Both the position numbers and the translations under genes were made by a program. A stretch of DNA of 64,000 nt, from NCBI GenBank assembly GCA_023920165.1, contig CP089277.1, forward strand, positions 1,550,001 through 1,614,000. The letters are read 5' to 3'. The DNA comes from Curvularia clavata. Lineage: Eukaryota. The number at the start of each line of letters is the position of its first letter. Positions within the stretch are counted from its first letter, which is position 1. Below, in pieces: positions 61,336-64,000 of this stretch. The notes beneath the pieces were generated by a model. The model was not told where the DNA came from. It saw only the letters and a list, made by a program, of their open reading frames with translations, and made no database searches.

Positions 61336-64000
61336 CTATCGCCTCCTCTTCGTATCACCGTGTGCTTGGTCCTGGGGATCACGTCCTCTCTTGCGGCCAT
61401 CATCTCCTCCACTTGCTCCACCACCTCCTCGGCTCCTCCTGTCGCGCTCATCCCTTCCTGACGTTCGCCCTTCGTCGCGGGAGCCGCGCTCGCGCCTGCC
61501 ACTTTCACGTGGCTCCCGCCCAGATCTTGACTCGCCTTCTCTTTCACGGTCTCGTCGGCTACTTTCTCTGTCGCCACTACGTTTCTCCCGGCCTCCACGC
61601 TCACGCTCGCCTTCGACGCGCTCCGAAGGCCCACTACGACTGCTTCGCTCATCAGGCCGACGCTCAGGTCGATCTGCTGATCGCTCTCGTCCCGATTTTT
61701 CGCTTCGCCTGCTGTCCTTGTGAACACGAGGTTCCGAACGACCCTCTTCTTGCGAGAAACTCTCCATTCTGCCCTGACCATCGTCGTTTCTGCTGCCTCT
61801 CGTGTATTGGTTTTCGACGCGATTCGGTGTTGAGATGTGTGGTGGCGGCATAGGACTGGATCCTTCCACAGGACCATTGGCCCGGGCGGCTCCGCGACCA
61901 CGTACAGGAGGGTTAGAGGATGAGGCACCACGATCGCCTGACCTCTCAGCAGGTGTGTTGCCGGTCAGGACATTGTTGATCGCCCGTAAGGGGTTTCCAG
62001 AATTTCTAGGCCCGCGATCTCCAGCTGCGGGGCCCGTTGGAGGACCCCAGCCATTTGGTGATGATGGAATTTGACTTTGAGGTGCTCTGTTAGAGCCCCG
62101 TGGACCACTGGGAGCATTTGGCATGTTGGTCTGGAGAGGAGGACCATTTGGTCCTCTGCCCTCGATGTTCACCAGTCTGCTAGGATGGACACCTGCAGGT
62201 AATGATGCTGCAGGACCAGAAGGTGCAGTAGGTGTTGGGGGTTGTGATTGTGAGGACGAACGGTCGCCACGAGGGCCTAGTGGTGGTGCTGGCTCCGAAG
62301 GTTGGTTTAGTCTTCCATAATTGGGATCTTGAGCTTGATGCCCAGAGGATCGCGGGCCAGAAGTTGGTTGGAACATTTCTCTAGAAGCACGAGATGATGT
62401 AGAAGGATCGCTACGTCCGCCACGCGGTCCTGTGGGTGCACCTGTTGCGAATTCGTCCCTCCGGTCTCGACTACCAGGGGGTGGAGGTAGAGAGCGATCA
62501 TCTCGATGTTCACGTGGTACATCACCTCGTCCATGATAATTAGGTAAGCGCTCCTCCATCCGACGATCCTCCCCGCGCCTATCATCACCATGACGAGGAG
62601 AGTTCAATCGAGTGTCTCGCTCACGACGACCGTCGCGGTCAGGCCTTGGCGGTTCGTGTCTGCTATGCTGTTCGGCTTGATTAATTAGGGCAGCACGTGC
62701 AGGATTTACTGTAGGCTCCTCCTTGGCTGGCATTGGAGGCTGGGGAAGTCTTTGAGGTCTATCACCCTGCTCGGCGCCGTAAGGGTTGTTAGCTGGTGGC
62801 GCCTCTCGGCGATACTCATTAGCCAGTGACGAGGAAGACGGCATTCGACGAGTCTCCATTGTTTGATTTGCAGGATGCATGCGAGGATCCGGACGCTCAC
62901 GCTGGTCTCTCGGGTCTCTGGCGTCGCGTGCATCCCAGGTGGGCGGTGGTCGTACTGGTGGCGCTCGCGTGTCCCGCATTGGTACTCGCATATTCCTGTC
63001 ATCATAGTCACGCTCTCGGCCAGACCATTCCCGGTGTTCGGCCGTAGGAGGTATCCTTTCAGGTGTTCTGCCTTCAGGAATTCGTCCACGTCGACCAGGG
63101 GATGCTTCGCGGTGACGTCCGACGTCTCCAGGTCGGTCCAATCGACCATAGTCATTCTGTGGAGGACCGCGGTTATCATATCGGTTATGGGGAGTTTCAG
63201 GCGCCCGGTCCATGTTAGGGCGTTCGGATTGCCGCGTCCTCGATGGTTGTGAGTCCGGCCGTGATGGCAAAGCATGCGATGGTCTTCCAGCGGCATTGGG
63301 GTGCATCGCCATGTTTCTACCGTCTGGTCTTGGCGGTACAGACGATGGATGCATTGGAGGACCTGGTTTGGGTGCTGATCTACCCATCACTAGTTCTTGC
63401 TGGGAAGGAGTAGGTGGCCGAGCTTCTGAGTGTCTTGGTCCAGGCTTGACCGGCTCTCTTTCTCTAGAAGAGGGCCCGGGTGTTCCAGGTGCCGAAACAT
63501 CACGCTTCGACGCGTTGTCATTCGTATCCCGTGGAGGGGCTCCATTGCTGCAGAAGGGAGGTCAGTCTCATTGTCGAAACGGCAGTGTGAGTATTCTACT
63601 AACGGTTCGGGTGTTGGCTTAAAAGCGGGTGCAGTTGCATTGAGCTTCGTCTCCTGCGGTTGCGAAGGCTTTGTGTTCTCCGAAGGAGCCTTATCATTCG
63701 CATTGGTCGTACTTCCGGGAGCGGGCGGTGGAGCAGGTACCTGTGATGCATCAGTGGGCTGTTGTACATCCAGAGAAGGCGATGAACTTACATTACGGAA
63801 TATGTGGTCCTCCTTCCAGGACTTTTCACCCTTGGTGATAGGACCCAACACGGATTCCAATGACTTTTTGAGATCTCCCCTCTCTTCTTCCTTGCTCAGA
63901 CGCTCGATTGTCTCCTTTAGCTCTGTACCCAAGCTTTGGACTTTAGGGAAATTGCTGCCCAGAGCGTGTAAGACATTGATGGCATTACGCATTTGCATGT
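61336..64000 (-). CDS. THO2: THO complex subunit 2, 3' portion (gene starts beyond the window)
   Basis: MQMRNAINVL....NFPKV...E.RGDLK of the Tho2 C-terminal domain, followed by a long R/D/E/P-rich tail. Introns 63791-63741 and 63603-63548. Confidence 0.85.

Overview
Gene-dense, intron-rich eukaryotic DNA from a filamentous ascomycete. A Dothideomycete/Pleosporales origin is an inference from gene content and short GT-AG introns with CTRAC branch points. About 30 protein-coding genes can be built by hand-splicing, three of them absent or only fragmentary in the ORF track: a 26-aa Cys-rich metallothionein, MED31/SOH1 and a DUF4536 protein. Most genes are housekeeping (APM3, EFM4, TAD1, THO2, PAL1, a TBC GAP, SLS1-like). 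The main points of interest are: three adjacent oxidative enzymes (AA2 peroxidase, AA9 LPMO-CBM1, AA1 laccase); two tandem disordered proteins both ending in Cys + CaaX; a ~600-nt nested fold-back in a gene-free gap; a structured 271-nt TAD1 intron with H/ACA-like layout; a metallothionein whose stop codon is created by splicing; a 143-bp hAT-type MITE with an 8-bp TSD; two class-I methyltransferase genes 13 bp apart tail-to-tail; and a Whi5/Nrm1-family gene with MCB boxes upstream. No tRNA, rRNA, CRISPR array or autonomous transposon was recognised. All family assignments come from motif recognition, not database searches.
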